From Promethearchaeota archaeon (GTDB lineage: Archaea; Asgardarchaeota; Lokiarchaeia; Sigyniarchaeales; SOKP01): a stretch of 64,000 bases of DNA. Position numbers and translations under genes: made by a program. Position 1 is the first letter of the stretch; each line of letters opens with the position of its first letter. The notes beneath the pieces are model-generated. The model saw only the letters and a list, made by a program, of their open reading frames with translations, had not been told where the DNA came from and did no database searches. Below, piece by piece: positions 10,880-21,286 of this stretch. Location of the stretch: assembly GCA_029838195.1 (NCBI GenBank), contig JALGVJ010000007.1, positions 64,001-128,000 of the forward strand. The letters run 5' to 3'.

Positions 10880-11644
10880 TTATTTATAATTTTTTTCTTG
10901 TTCTATCCGTGAATTAATGATATGAATGTTTTCTTGCATTATAGAATAAATGAGTTCATTTTTCAGATTAAGTTTTTCAAGCGTTTCGACGACAGTTTCA
11001 AAAATTTCAAGTAAAGCCGAGTAATTTAGCTTTCGGAGCTCAGTTATGGGAATGTTGATGAATCTATTAAGAATTAAGTGGAGAGAAGTAAGGAGGATCC
11101 AAGCGATAATTAAAATTGTTAAGATCCATTCTACAATAGGGCGGAACGAGAATAATAAGATAAGGAGAAAAATAAAGGTAATGAAGCCGAGAGCAGAGTG
11201 ATATCCTCTAAATTCTAAATTATAGAGGTCTTCTTCTCGCGGTCCCATGAAAATTAAAATGCTATAAAGAAAAATATAAATTCCTGAGCCTATAAACGCA
11301 TAAAAGGAGATCACGCCATGAAACCATAGAAATATATCGATATAACTTTCGTCGGGGATGATTCCGACTAATGCGATACATGTACACGTGGAAATGGAAA
11401 ATCCTGTTGCTAATTTACGTACTTTCTCGTGAAGATTTGTTAATTCTCTTTCAAGATATAAATAAAATGGTATTCCGGATGCTCCTCCTATTATGAAAGC
11501 AATACTAAAATAAAATTTTCCGGGACCCGCTCCTAAAGAACTAACCGTATTAATTGCAAGATCATAATTAGGTGTGGATAAAACTGCGATTAACAAAAAA
11601 ATACATGCGGTTAAAGTTCCAAAAAAGCTAAAAAGTGGTTCCAA
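10880..11644 (-). CDS. Membrane protein, DUF998-like
   Basis: About 6 TM segments; NTVSSLG and central His pattern; TTG start is uncertain. Confidence 0.6.
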   Translation of the reverse strand: MEPLFSFFGTLTACIFLLIAVLSTPNYDLAINTVSSLGAGPGKFYFSIAFIIGGASGIPFYLYLERELTNLHEKVRKLATGFSISTCTCIALVGIIPDESYIDIFLWFHGVISFYAFIGSGIYIFLYSILIFMGPREEDLYNLEFRGYHSALGFITFIFLLILLFSFRPIVEWILTILIIAWILLTSLHLILNRFINIPITELRKLNYSALLEIFETVVETLEKLNLKNELIYSIMQENIHIINSRIEQEKNYK

Positions 11645-11953
11645 TTTTTCATGAATATGAATAATGATGATTTTCCCTCGATTTTATTTTATTATTATTC
11701 TAACGTGTTTTTTTTTCCCTGACAATTTATCACGAGACCAATGGAAATTTATAATTTCATATCATTAAAATAATGCTTATAATAGAAAAATGGGAATAAA
11801 TATTATAGAATAAAATTATCCCATTAAAAAATAAAATTACGAATTCTACTTTTGTTGATTATCTTCTTCAGAGGAGAAGGTCTACTTGCGGTGAAAAAAA
11901 GTAAACTAACTTGCTTTTTATTTTAATCTACTCTCATGTAACTTGAGCTTTAA

Positions 11954-13198
11954 TTAAAAAGATAATGCTTGGATGTAAAGATTGAGAAAAGTTAAAGAAA
12001 GCAATGTACAAATGGTAATGACTTGATATAGCAAGAGTTCAAAATAATATCTCTTATAACCTGGCTGTTTATTAAGAAATTTAATCACGTAGAAAATTTT
12101 ATTGAATATGGCTCCGGATAGACCAATGGAAAGCATGACTAATCCATGAGCTTCATTCAGAAGGCCTCCTAAATAAGCAGAGACCACAAAAACAGCCGAG
12201 GCCCCTCCTGAGAGCAAGCCAATTAAAAATGTGATAACGTAATATGCAAATAAATTCAAATTAATAAATTCAAGGATGATAGAGACGATTACAGCTAAAG
12301 AATATGTTCCAGAAAAAATTAATGCTGATTTAATGGAGAGGGGATTTTTAAGTTTTTCTATCGTGAATTTAGTCATCTTTTTTCGTAAAATCAAAAAAGA
12401 CCCAATTAATCCTACCATGCTAGTGATTACAATCGGGCCTAAAGCATAAAAAAGAAGGGCAGGAGCGATTAATAAAATAAGAAGCATTCGCACCAGCATG
12501 GTTTGGATCACCAACCAAATAGAAGAGGGCGAGGCTCCCGCTTCAGAAAGTTCAATGGTTGTAGCTTCAGAATGAGCTAATCCTCCAAAAAATGCTAAAT
12601 AATAGACCGTGCTTTCTACGGAACTTTTTAAAAGAAAATAACTGAAATATTTTATAGCTAAAATCGTGATAAATATGATGATGATGGATTTAATGTTAAT
12701 TCCCGCAATAATTATATAATCCGGGATTAAGATATAAAGCAAGAGAACAATGGCAATGAATTCTACCGTTCCGGTCCATTCGATGCTACTTAATCCTTGA
12801 ATTTTTCTAAATTGTTTTTTAGTTGAGAGAACGATTAGAAAAATAACGGAAATCGTGATGGCCAACGAATAATAATAATATACCACGATACCTGTAACGA
12901 GAGCAAGCATCATGGATAAGGTAGTAGTGCGATGGCGCAAGGACCCAATGAGGAGAAAGGCAATTATTCCTCCAAAAAAAAGATAAATCAAGACATATCC
13001 AAATGGAATGGAAAAACGCTCATTTACGAGAACTAGCACTGTAGCTAATACTGATACGAATACATGGTCCCTTACATCAAACGGAGCGGCGGTTCTAGTC
13101 CTTTCGATACCGAGCAAAAATCCACAGAGAAATGAAATTAAGATGGTAATTACGTCTGAATAAAATGTGAAATCAACAATTTCCATGAGACTTACCAT
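11954..13198 (-). CDS. MgtC/SapB N-terminal plus DUF4010-like polytopic membrane protein
   Basis: GFLLGIER MgtC motif, GGLAHSEATT, KNPLSIKSALIF; highly hydrophobic. Confidence 0.75.
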   Translation of the reverse strand: MVSLMEIVDFTFYSDVITILISFLCGFLLGIERTRTAAPFDVRDHVFVSVLATVLVLVNERFSIPFGYVLIYLFFGGIIAFLLIGSLRHRTTTLSMMLALVTGIVVYYYYSLAITISVIFLIVLSTKKQFRKIQGLSSIEWTGTVEFIAIVLLLYILIPDYIIIAGINIKSIIIIFITILAIKYFSYFLLKSSVESTVYYLAFFGGLAHSEATTIELSEAGASPSSIWLVIQTMLVRMLLILLIAPALLFYALGPIVITSMVGLIGSFLILRKKMTKFTIEKLKNPLSIKSALIFSGTYSLAVIVSIILEFINLNLFAYYVITFLIGLLSGGASAVFVVSAYLGGLLNEAHGLVMLSIGLSGAIFNKIFYVIKFLNKQPGYKRYYFELLLYQVITICTLLSLTFLNLYIQALSF

Positions 13199-13580
13199 GA
13201 ATTGAAAATGCTAATTTTCCAATTACTGCTATATAGGAACAATTATTTTATATAATTTTCGAATTATCCCTCGCTCTTTTTCTAAACTTGGATAAATTAT
13301 TGAAAAAAACCTCATGATGAATTAAATCGATGAAGGACTCATGTTATATAAAAGAAAAATCTCTTTTTCCGAGTAAATATACGAGGATACATGAAACAAT
13401 TATCAATATTTTTTTAAACACGAATATTTAAAGAAGAACTTAGCCTTTTTCAAGTTTCACGAATTTTTGAGAAAATATGACCGTGACATCACGTTAAACC
13501 TCCATTATTAAAAAAAAGTGTAATTAATATTGGAAATAAAAATAGCATCATATAGTAAAATTAAGTTATTAAGTTATTAT

Positions 13581-13973
13581 TTATTCCGTTCCTAGCCATA
13601 ATCCGTGAATGTTGCAATATTCTCGAGCTTTAAGCCCTTCTGTATCTGCGACCACGAACGTGGCTTTTGGTTCATCACCCGGACTTAAAAATTTTCTTTT
13701 ATAGCATTTATTTTTACAGATTAACTCGATCCACATTATCCAATGCTCATTTGTCATGGGATGGGGCGTGCCCATGGAAATGCCCACATCCACGGTTACT
13801 TTATTTCCATCAATGGTGATTTTTGGAACGTGTTTTTCTCCTTTCCAATCAGCTGTCTGTTCTTTCATCAATTGCATAGGTTGTCCACAACAAATGGTAT
13901 CGGGTACACCAGGCGTGAGGATTTCGATAACTTTTCCACACACACTACATTTATAGATTTCTTTTTTATTCAT
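13581..13973 (-). CDS. dfx: Desulfoferrodoxin (2Fe superoxide reductase)
   Basis: YKCSVCG...ICCGQPM (centre I); EKHVP, HPM..EHWI, YCNIHG (centre II). Confidence 0.95.
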   Translation of the reverse strand: MNKKEIYKCSVCGKVIEILTPGVPDTICCGQPMQLMKEQTADWKGEKHVPKITIDGNKVTVDVGISMGTPHPMTNEHWIMWIELICKNKCYKRKFLSPGDEPKATFVVADTEGLKAREYCNIHGLWLGTE

Positions 13974-14340
13974 TTACTTTTCACTTTGTTAATGTTTTTC
14001 GCTCTTTTTAAAATTTTTAAAATATCACGTTAGGTTATGATTTCTATCAATAAAACCTATTTAATTATTTTTTTTATAAATTAAAAATTATGGGCTGTTT
14101 TCATTAATAACATTGAAATATTTAGGATGTTTTTAAATGGCAGGAATACTTTGAAAAACTAAATTATTTCACTCCCCTCTCTTGATAGCTTTAAGATTGA
14201 AATTTAAAAACAAAAAATGTAAACATTATTGTTAATTTAAAATTTATAGGAAAAACTTTTAAGAATTTTGCTCCTTTTAAGTGAAATACAAGAATGCATT
14301 TTTTGAAATAAAAAGAATAATCCAATTGAGAGGGTAAAAA

Positions 14341-14628
14341 ATGACATTAAGTAAAATTCCGATTCTTTTAGAAAAAATAAGCAAGGAGAATCTGGATAAA
14401 CAAATTCTTAGAACAGGAATTTTAGCAGAGCTTGATGCGATTAATCTTTACGAGCAAATGGCGGAATTAACGGAGAATCAAGATTTAAAGAAAGTGCTTT
14501 TGGATGTTGCGAAAGAAGAAAAAGAACACGTGGGCGAATTTCAATATCTTCTTTTAAAGCTTGATACACAACAGGAAAAGGAATTGAAAGAAGGAATGGA
14601 AGAAGTTAAGGAGCTCTTAGGCGAATAA
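14341..14628 (+). CDS. Small ferritin-like protein (encapsulated-ferritin/rubrerythrin-like half bundle)
   Basis: AELDAINLYEQ...LLDVAKEEKEHVGEF di-iron ExxH motif; 95 aa; purine-rich RBS upstream. Confidence 0.88.
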   Translation: MTLSKIPILLEKISKENLDKQILRTGILAELDAINLYEQMAELTENQDLKKVLLDVAKEEKEHVGEFQYLLLKLDTQQEKELKEGMEEVKELLGE

Positions 14629-14939
14629 AAATCGTTCAATTGCTCTGATAGTCATCGTCGTAATGATAACGAATTGAAAATTTAAAACCTTTTTTTTTCA
14701 TTTCATGTTTTTTCCATCTCCATGAGAATGTTGAAACCCCTAAAGGCCTCTAATTTTAATATAATTTTAAAGCAACCACTAACACGGGAAAATGGTGGGT
14801 TTTAAGTTTTATAGATATTGGGTTTCGTTCTCTTTCTTAATTAAATTCTAACGATTAAAGAGAATTAATAAATCTCTCAATATTTATAATATAACAAACC
14901 TTAACTTAATGTAATTAAAACTAATAAAAGAGAAGCAAA

Positions 14940-17645
14940 ATGATTCACGCACCAAAAGAGTTGAAATGTGAATATTTAAAAGATCCTATCAATATTGATG
15001 TTCCTCGTCCTCGTTTTTCATGGATTTTAGAGCACGAGGAACGGGCTCAAATACAAAGAGCATATCAAATCATTGTTTGCTCTTCTAAAGAAAATGCTGA
15101 AAAAGAAATTGGTGATCTTTGGGATTCAAAGCGAGTAGAATCGGAACAAATCACAAACATTTCTTATGGAGGAAAGGAATTATTAAGTAATCAAATTTAC
15201 TATTGGCGTGTAAAATGGTGGGATAAAAATGAAAAAGAAAGCAGTTATAGCAAGATAGCTACCTTTCAAACGGCTTTATTAAAAGAAACGGATTGGATTG
15301 GTAAATGGATAACTATAAAAGAAGTTTTGGAAAAATCTACAAGAAAAAAATTATTAAAATCTACAAAAGTCAAAGGTTTCTCGGGACGTATCAAGTTATT
15401 TCCCGCGTTTTATTTTAGAAAAGAGTTTTCTGTAGAAAAACCCATTAAAAAGGCGAAATTACACGTTTGCGGCTTAGGATATCACGAAGTACACGTAAAT
15501 GGAAAAAAAATTGGGACTCATGTCCTTGATCCTGCTTGGATAGATTATGATAAACTGGCGTTATACTCTACTTTTGAAATAACGGAAGAACTACAAGATA
15601 AAAATGCGATTGGGGTAATAGTGGGAAATGGTCGACAGCTATCTGCCTATGGCTATGATTTTCCTAAATTGATCCTTCAACTTCACGTAAAATTTTTGGA
15701 TGGCTCCGAAATCCTCATCGCAACTGATGAAACGTGGAAAGTATCCATTTCAGGGCCAATTCGTGAAAATGGAATTTATTATGGGGAAAACTATGATGCT
15801 CGGTTAGAAATGCCCGGTTGGGATGAACTTGACTTCGATGACGGTTCTTGGGATTTTGCCGTGCCCGTAAAAGGACCCAAATTAGCTGCTCAACTCATGC
15901 AGCCCATAGAAATTACCCACATCCTGCGACCTGAGAAAATGTTTAGCCCAAAACCCAGAATCTACATTTTTGATTTTGGACAAAATTTTACCGGGGTTGT
16001 TCGATTAAAAGTGAGAGGCCCCAGAGGTCAGCAAGTAAAAATCCGCCATGCAGAACTCCTCAATAAAGATGGAACGTTAAACATGGGCACTATTCAAGAA
16101 GCTCGAGCCACGGATGTTTATACGCTCAAAGGAAATGGATTAGAAGTTTATCAACCACGTTTTACGTATCATGGCTTTAGATATGTAGAAATCACGGGTT
16201 ATCCTGGAATACCAAAATTAGAGGATATTGAAGGCCTTTTTTTCCATACAAACGTGCCTATGATTGGCACCTTTCATTGCTCGGATCAATTGATCAATAA
16301 AATTCATGCAAATATAATTTGGGGTCAGTTAAGCAACTTGATGAGCATACCTACCGATTGTCCTCAGAGGGCTGAACGCCAAGGCTGGATGGGTGATGCC
16401 CAATTAACAGTAGAAGAAGCGATCTATAATTTTGACATGGCACGATTTTATACAAAATATCTTCGTGACATTCAATTGTGTCAAAAAGAAGATGGAAGCA
16501 TTTCTGACGTAGTACCTCCTTATTGGAAATTATATCCCGCAGATCCCGCATGGGGCTCGGCATATATTACTTTTGCTTGGTATTTATACTGGTATTATAA
16601 TGATAAAGAAATCCTAAAAATGCATTATCCTTACTTGAAAAAGTATATAAATTTCTTGACCGGTAAAGCCGAAAATCATCTTCTCTTGAATTTAAAAAAG
16701 TATGGCGATTGGTGTCCGCCCGGTTCCATCCACCCAAAGCGAACGCCCTTAGAGCTCACGTCTTCTTGGTACTATTATCACGACACGCTATTATTATCAA
16801 AAATTTGTGAAATTTTGGGCCGTGAAAATGATCACGAGGAATTAAAAAACCTTGCGGAAGCCATTAAAAATGCTTTCAATCAACGCTTTTTAAGTTATGG
16901 GTATGAATCGAAGAAGATCTTTAAAGCCGAATTCACACCAAACCAAACATCAAATATTTTACCCCTCTATCTCGATATGGTTCCGGATAAGAAAAAAAAA
17001 CAAGTCATTTTACTTTTATTAACTAGCCTTGAGAAAGACTGTGATTATCATGTTGACACGGGGATTATTGGTACTCGCTATTTATTTGAAGTCCTATCGA
17101 AAATCGGGCGGGATGATGTTGCCTATAAAATAATCACGCAAGAAAGTTATCCCAGTTGGGGCTACATGATTAAAGAGGGTGCAACGACCTTATGGGAGCG
17201 ATGGGAAAAATTAGGAGAGGGTGGAATGAATTCACATAATCACATCATGCTTGGAAGCATCGATACGTGGTTTTACAAAACTTTGGCGGGAATCAGGGCA
17301 GCAGAACCCGGATGGAAGAGACTTGAGATAAAGCCCTATATTAATAATGAATTAACCCATGTTTCTGCTTCCTTAAACACGTATCGTGGATATATTAGCG
17401 TGTCTTGGGAAAAAGTAGAAAATAGCGTGAAAATAACCCTTTTTATCCCCGTTAGTTGTAGCGCTATTTTATCAATTCCACGCATTCATGAGAACATGGT
17501 GATTAGAGAAGGAGAAGCAATTATATATGAAAAGGATTCCGTTCCAAATGAATCGAAGGGCATGAAATATAGAGATTTTGATGAGAAATACGTCCATTTT
17601 GAGGTGGGCTCGGGATTTTATCAAATCGTGGTGGAGAAAAAATAG
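14940..17645 (+). CDS. Alpha-L-rhamnosidase, GH78
   Basis: PRFSW N-terminus, DFGQNFTG, FTYHGFRY, PTDCPQRAERQGWMGDA, GATTLWERW, SHNHIMLG; no signal peptide. Confidence 0.95.
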   Translation: MIHAPKELKCEYLKDPINIDVPRPRFSWILEHEERAQIQRAYQIIVCSSKENAEKEIGDLWDSKRVESEQITNISYGGKELLSNQIYYWRVKWWDKNEKESSYSKIATFQTALLKETDWIGKWITIKEVLEKSTRKKLLKSTKVKGFSGRIKLFPAFYFRKEFSVEKPIKKAKLHVCGLGYHEVHVNGKKIGTHVLDPAWIDYDKLALYSTFEITEELQDKNAIGVIVGNGRQLSAYGYDFPKLILQLHVKFLDGSEILIATDETWKVSISGPIRENGIYYGENYDARLEMPGWDELDFDDGSWDFAVPVKGPKLAAQLMQPIEITHILRPEKMFSPKPRIYIFDFGQNFTGVVRLKVRGPRGQQVKIRHAELLNKDGTLNMGTIQEARATDVYTLKGNGLEVYQPRFTYHGFRYVEITGYPGIPKLEDIEGLFFHTNVPMIGTFHCSDQLINKIHANIIWGQLSNLMSIPTDCPQRAERQGWMGDAQLTVEEAIYNFDMARFYTKYLRDIQLCQKEDGSISDVVPPYWKLYPADPAWGSAYITFAWYLYWYYNDKEILKMHYPYLKKYINFLTGKAENHLLLNLKKYGDWCPPGSIHPKRTPLELTSSWYYYHDTLLLSKICEILGRENDHEELKNLAEAIKNAFNQRFLSYGYESKKIFKAEFTPNQTSNILPLYLDMVPDKKKKQVILLLLTSLEKDCDYHVDTGIIGTRYLFEVLSKIGRDDVAYKIITQESYPSWGYMIKEGATTLWERWEKLGEGGMNSHNHIMLGSIDTWFYKTLAGIRAAEPGWKRLEIKPYINNELTHVSASLNTYRGYISVSWEKVENSVKITLFIPVSCSAILSIPRIHENMVIREGEAIIYEKDSVPNESKGMKYRDFDEKYVHFEVGSGFYQIVVEKK

Positions 17646-17681
17646 TTAGAACGTTAATTTTTAAAAAATATTTTTTATTTT

Positions 17682-20390
17682 TTATCCAAAGGGATTCATG
17701 ATTTCATAGGCCTGTTGGATCATTTTTTCTATTCTTTTTTCGCCTCTTTTTCCCAGCATTTGTCGAAGAGTATCATACTCATGAGACTCGATGCCAAAAT
17801 AATCTTGGGTTAGAGATTTTTCTCCTTTCAAGAGATTTGGCTTGAAAATATCGCCATTTAGGGCGGGAGGTCGTCCATGAGAGCAAGCATTAGTCCATGA
17901 CTCATCATTAAAATCGAGCCGTGTCCATTCAAGAGTAGAAAAATATTTATCTTTACATCCTTTCCAGGAGCTATCTGAGCGTAGTTCCAGCATGGTGTCA
18001 TCGTGGAGAAGAATTTGTCCATATACATTTATAGCTCCTTTATAATATTCAAAATTATACGCTTCTATAGAAATTACATTCTTTCCTTCCTTCAAATGAT
18101 TAGTTATATCAAAAACTCTAGTTCTATAGAGAATGGGAAGAATGGCAAATGTAGTTCTTCCCGAGACGCTTCCAATATACATGCCATTCACATGAATTTT
18201 CATGTGCGTACACGCAAGGCATTGGATCAATGCTTTTTTAATAGGTCGTTCAACATGGAATGTTTTTCTAAAATAGCGCGGTTCAATGGGAGAAATTTTC
18301 TCATTTACCCAAATCCACTCAGAAGAAAGATAGGGGTCTTCATGCCAAGTGTTTTTGGCAAGTTGGTCTATCTTATTCTCATAGGCTCTAATTAAAAAAT
18401 CAAATAATTCAAGATTGTAATCCAAGCAAGGTCTTTTTGCTTCCCTCAACCATAATCTTTCATATTCATTTTTTAACGAATTTATTTTTTCTTTCAGTTC
18501 ATTGAGTTCAGAGATGAGCTGATTTTTTAAATCGACATTTTTTTTCATTTCTTCAATGGAATTTGATATTTTGAGCGATAAATTTACTTTTTCGGAATAT
18601 ACTCGTGCCATTTGGGCATTAAATTTAAGAATTTCATAGATATCTGATTCAAAATGAATAGTGAATTTTAATTTTTCATGTAATTCAATGCATTTGAAAG
18701 CTGCATTACCCAGTTCTTCATGATTTTTAATGGGCGGGGAAAATTGTTCCGTAGGAAAGGGATGCTTGAAAAAATACGTGTAGAAAGAAATGAAAATGAA
18801 TTCTGGTTCCACTTTAAAAAATGAGTTTAAATCATCTAAACCCAGCAGCAAATTTGAGAAATCCTCTAAAGATTCTTTTCTTATTCCATGATAGAGAAAT
18901 CCGTATTTATTCAAAAAATCTTCATAATTAAAGCCCTCTACCGTCCATGACACGGCTCCCGTCAATATACCACCGAGATATTCCACCCCTCTTAGAGTAT
19001 AATATCGATAATCTCCCCAATTGGATGTTAGCAACCCCAAACATCCTTTATCCTTATTTTCCTTAGCCTCTCGTGCCATGTTCATGATATTAATGCTTGC
19101 ATTTCTATAATTAGGAAAGATTCTCTGCCAATTTAGCATGGACGGGCTTGCTATGACTTTGAAGCCTTTTTTCACGTACTCTTGGATTTTTGGATACTTC
19201 TCTTTTGGAGCATAATCCCAATACATTAATATGATATCCTTGTTCATTTTTTCTATAATTTCCTTGTCATCTCTAATAAAATCCTCATACATGATGACAT
19301 GCATGTTTCCATGCTTCCGAGCGATTTGATATACTTTTTCATAATGATATAGTAAGGCCAACTTGCCTTGAGATTCAAATAATTGTTTTGAACGATATTT
19401 TCCAATATCGAACGTCTCATCACAGCCCACATGAAAATATTTAGTGGATAAGCACTTGCTAAGTTCTGCGATATAATCATTTAATAGATCGTACACCCGG
19501 GGATTGGAGATGTTAAAACATTTGGCTCCTGGAAATTCTCCCAATGGTTCATAGTTTTCATGTATTAAAATATTATCCACGTGGCCGAGACATTGAAAGA
19601 TGGGCACTAATTCAATGAATCTCTTTTTTGCAAATTCATCCAATTCTCTTAATTCTTCTGGTGTTAATGCACCTCTTTTCTTCCCTATATCAGGGTGGAG
19701 CGGATGAGCAAACATGTCTTCTAAGTAGAGGAAATAAAAATTAATTTTATAATGACTTAATAGTTTCATGTATCGTTTTGCTGATTCAATCGTGAATATT
19801 TGTCCCCGTGCGATATCGTCAGTGATGCCTCGCATTTTTAGATCCGGATAATCCTCGATTCGAAGGTTAGGAATAGATAAGGCATTTGGAACCTCTTTCG
19901 TCCTCTCCTCTTCCTTGAGATTCAAATAACTATTTTTAATTATTTGAATTAACGTCTGAACGCCGTAAAATAATCCCTTTTCGTAGGGAGATTGAATGAT
20001 TATTAAATCCTTTTGTATTACAAGAGCATGTGCCTCCTCATCTTTTTCTTGAAATTGGAAGTCATTTCCCCGAGTTTCCAAGATGATTCTATCCTCCTCA
20101 GAAAGTGGGGCGAATTTTATCCGGAAAGAAGAAATTGCTTTTAGAAAATCATTTATTTCTCTCAATAAAAACATGAAATACTCGTGTTCTATATTAAAAG
20201 GCGATGCCTGACAGTCTGAGGACATCAATGACCCAACTCCCTCATTCAAAAACGAAATTTTCTTGGGCCGGGGTAATAGTATAGGGAATTCTTCAAAATG
20301 ATCATCTATTGGAGTTAAATTTTTAATTACAAATCTTTTTATCATGAACTCCCACTCATAAATGTTGAATGTATTAATTATAAAAGTCAA
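17682..20390 (-). CDS. GH20 beta-N-acetylhexosaminidase with C-terminal rhamnosidase-N-like beta-sandwich
   Basis: GLFYGVQTL, IEDYPDLKMRG, HVGCDET catalytic DE pair, YWDY; C-terminal WIW...YFRKTF...HVNG domain. True start may be the ATG at 20345. Confidence 0.85.
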   Translation of the reverse strand: MTFIINTFNIYEWEFMIKRFVIKNLTPIDDHFEEFPILLPRPKKISFLNEGVGSLMSSDCQASPFNIEHEYFMFLLREINDFLKAISSFRIKFAPLSEEDRIILETRGNDFQFQEKDEEAHALVIQKDLIIIQSPYEKGLFYGVQTLIQIIKNSYLNLKEEERTKEVPNALSIPNLRIEDYPDLKMRGITDDIARGQIFTIESAKRYMKLLSHYKINFYFLYLEDMFAHPLHPDIGKKRGALTPEELRELDEFAKKRFIELVPIFQCLGHVDNILIHENYEPLGEFPGAKCFNISNPRVYDLLNDYIAELSKCLSTKYFHVGCDETFDIGKYRSKQLFESQGKLALLYHYEKVYQIARKHGNMHVIMYEDFIRDDKEIIEKMNKDIILMYWDYAPKEKYPKIQEYVKKGFKVIASPSMLNWQRIFPNYRNASINIMNMAREAKENKDKGCLGLLTSNWGDYRYYTLRGVEYLGGILTGAVSWTVEGFNYEDFLNKYGFLYHGIRKESLEDFSNLLLGLDDLNSFFKVEPEFIFISFYTYFFKHPFPTEQFSPPIKNHEELGNAAFKCIELHEKLKFTIHFESDIYEILKFNAQMARVYSEKVNLSLKISNSIEEMKKNVDLKNQLISELNELKEKINSLKNEYERLWLREAKRPCLDYNLELFDFLIRAYENKIDQLAKNTWHEDPYLSSEWIWVNEKISPIEPRYFRKTFHVERPIKKALIQCLACTHMKIHVNGMYIGSVSGRTTFAILPILYRTRVFDITNHLKEGKNVISIEAYNFEYYKGAINVYGQILLHDDTMLELRSDSSWKGCKDKYFSTLEWTRLDFNDESWTNACSHGRPPALNGDIFKPNLLKGEKSLTQDYFGIESHEYDTLRQMLGKRGEKRIEKMIQQAYEIMNPFG

Positions 20391-20525
20391 GCGGTAATAA
20401 AAGTTTTAATAGAAAAAATAAAATGTCAAAATAGAATAGAACATGTTTATTAAAAAAAGCACTCTCAAGGTCTCACGATTTAAATATCATTAAAAAAGAC
20501 AAGAAAAAAAATTGGCGGAGATTCT

Positions 20526-21209
20526 TCATGGGGGTTTAGAACTGGTTAAGAGTCTCATGATATAATCAGCCACCCCTTCGATTGAATCTGAGATTGCTTC
20601 AATTATATCCATCGTATTGCCTACAGTGAAAATTGTAAAGGCATTCACGTGGAATTCCGTTTCTTGAAAACTCTTTCGGAGGGCAATATTTAATATATCT
20701 ATTTCGTGTTCAATGCTATTAATCTCTCTTGCATAATCTTTTACATTTTTTCTTTCGCCAAGTAAGTCCATTACAATTTTATCGAGAAATTCCACACATT
20801 TTTCGGTTTTCGCCATCATCTCTAAGATAATTGATTTGCTTTCTTCGCTACATTCCTCCCAAAATTTAAAAGGAATGGTATTTATTCTACGGGCTACTCC
20901 TGTAGCACAATCCGCCACTCCATCTTGCCTTCTAATTAAATGAGAAAGGTCCATTCGGACACTGGAGGATAATTCTCCCGAAGAGATTTCTTTTTGTATT
21001 TTCCTTCTAAGTTCATCGGCTTCTTTCTCAATTTTATCAACAATTTTAAATTTTTGATGGGCCTCTTCCACTTTCTTATCCTTAATGAGGAGCTGAATTC
21101 CTATATTTAGTTCCCGCACACAATCTTGAACTTTTTTAGCGTGAGAAATAGATTTCTCTAGTACAGAGGCCGCTGTTTTTAATTTAAAATATTCTATAAG
21201 TGACCCCAT
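20526..21209 (-). CDS. DUF47/PhoU-like phosphate transport regulator
   Basis: EKEADELRR, QDGVAD, EHEID, ISDSIEGVAD repeats; adjacent to PiT. Confidence 0.88.
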   Translation of the reverse strand: MGSLIEYFKLKTAASVLEKSISHAKKVQDCVRELNIGIQLLIKDKKVEEAHQKFKIVDKIEKEADELRRKIQKEISSGELSSSVRMDLSHLIRRQDGVADCATGVARRINTIPFKFWEECSEESKSIILEMMAKTEKCVEFLDKIVMDLLGERKNVKDYAREINSIEHEIDILNIALRKSFQETEFHVNAFTIFTVGNTMDIIEAISDSIEGVADYIMRLLTSSKPP

Positions 21210-21286
21210 TGTTTTTCTTATTTTTCTTTCTTTAGCATGTATTTCATTACTTTTCTATATATTATTTCATTCTAAATAAGTTTAAC

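Noticed and set aside
14635-14678. Hairpin after the ferritin-like gene as an IRE, SECIS or K-turn RNA
   Set aside because: Only a 7-bp outer stem plus a weak inner stem; no CAGUGN loop and no UGA-containing gene upstream. A following T-run suggests a terminator.
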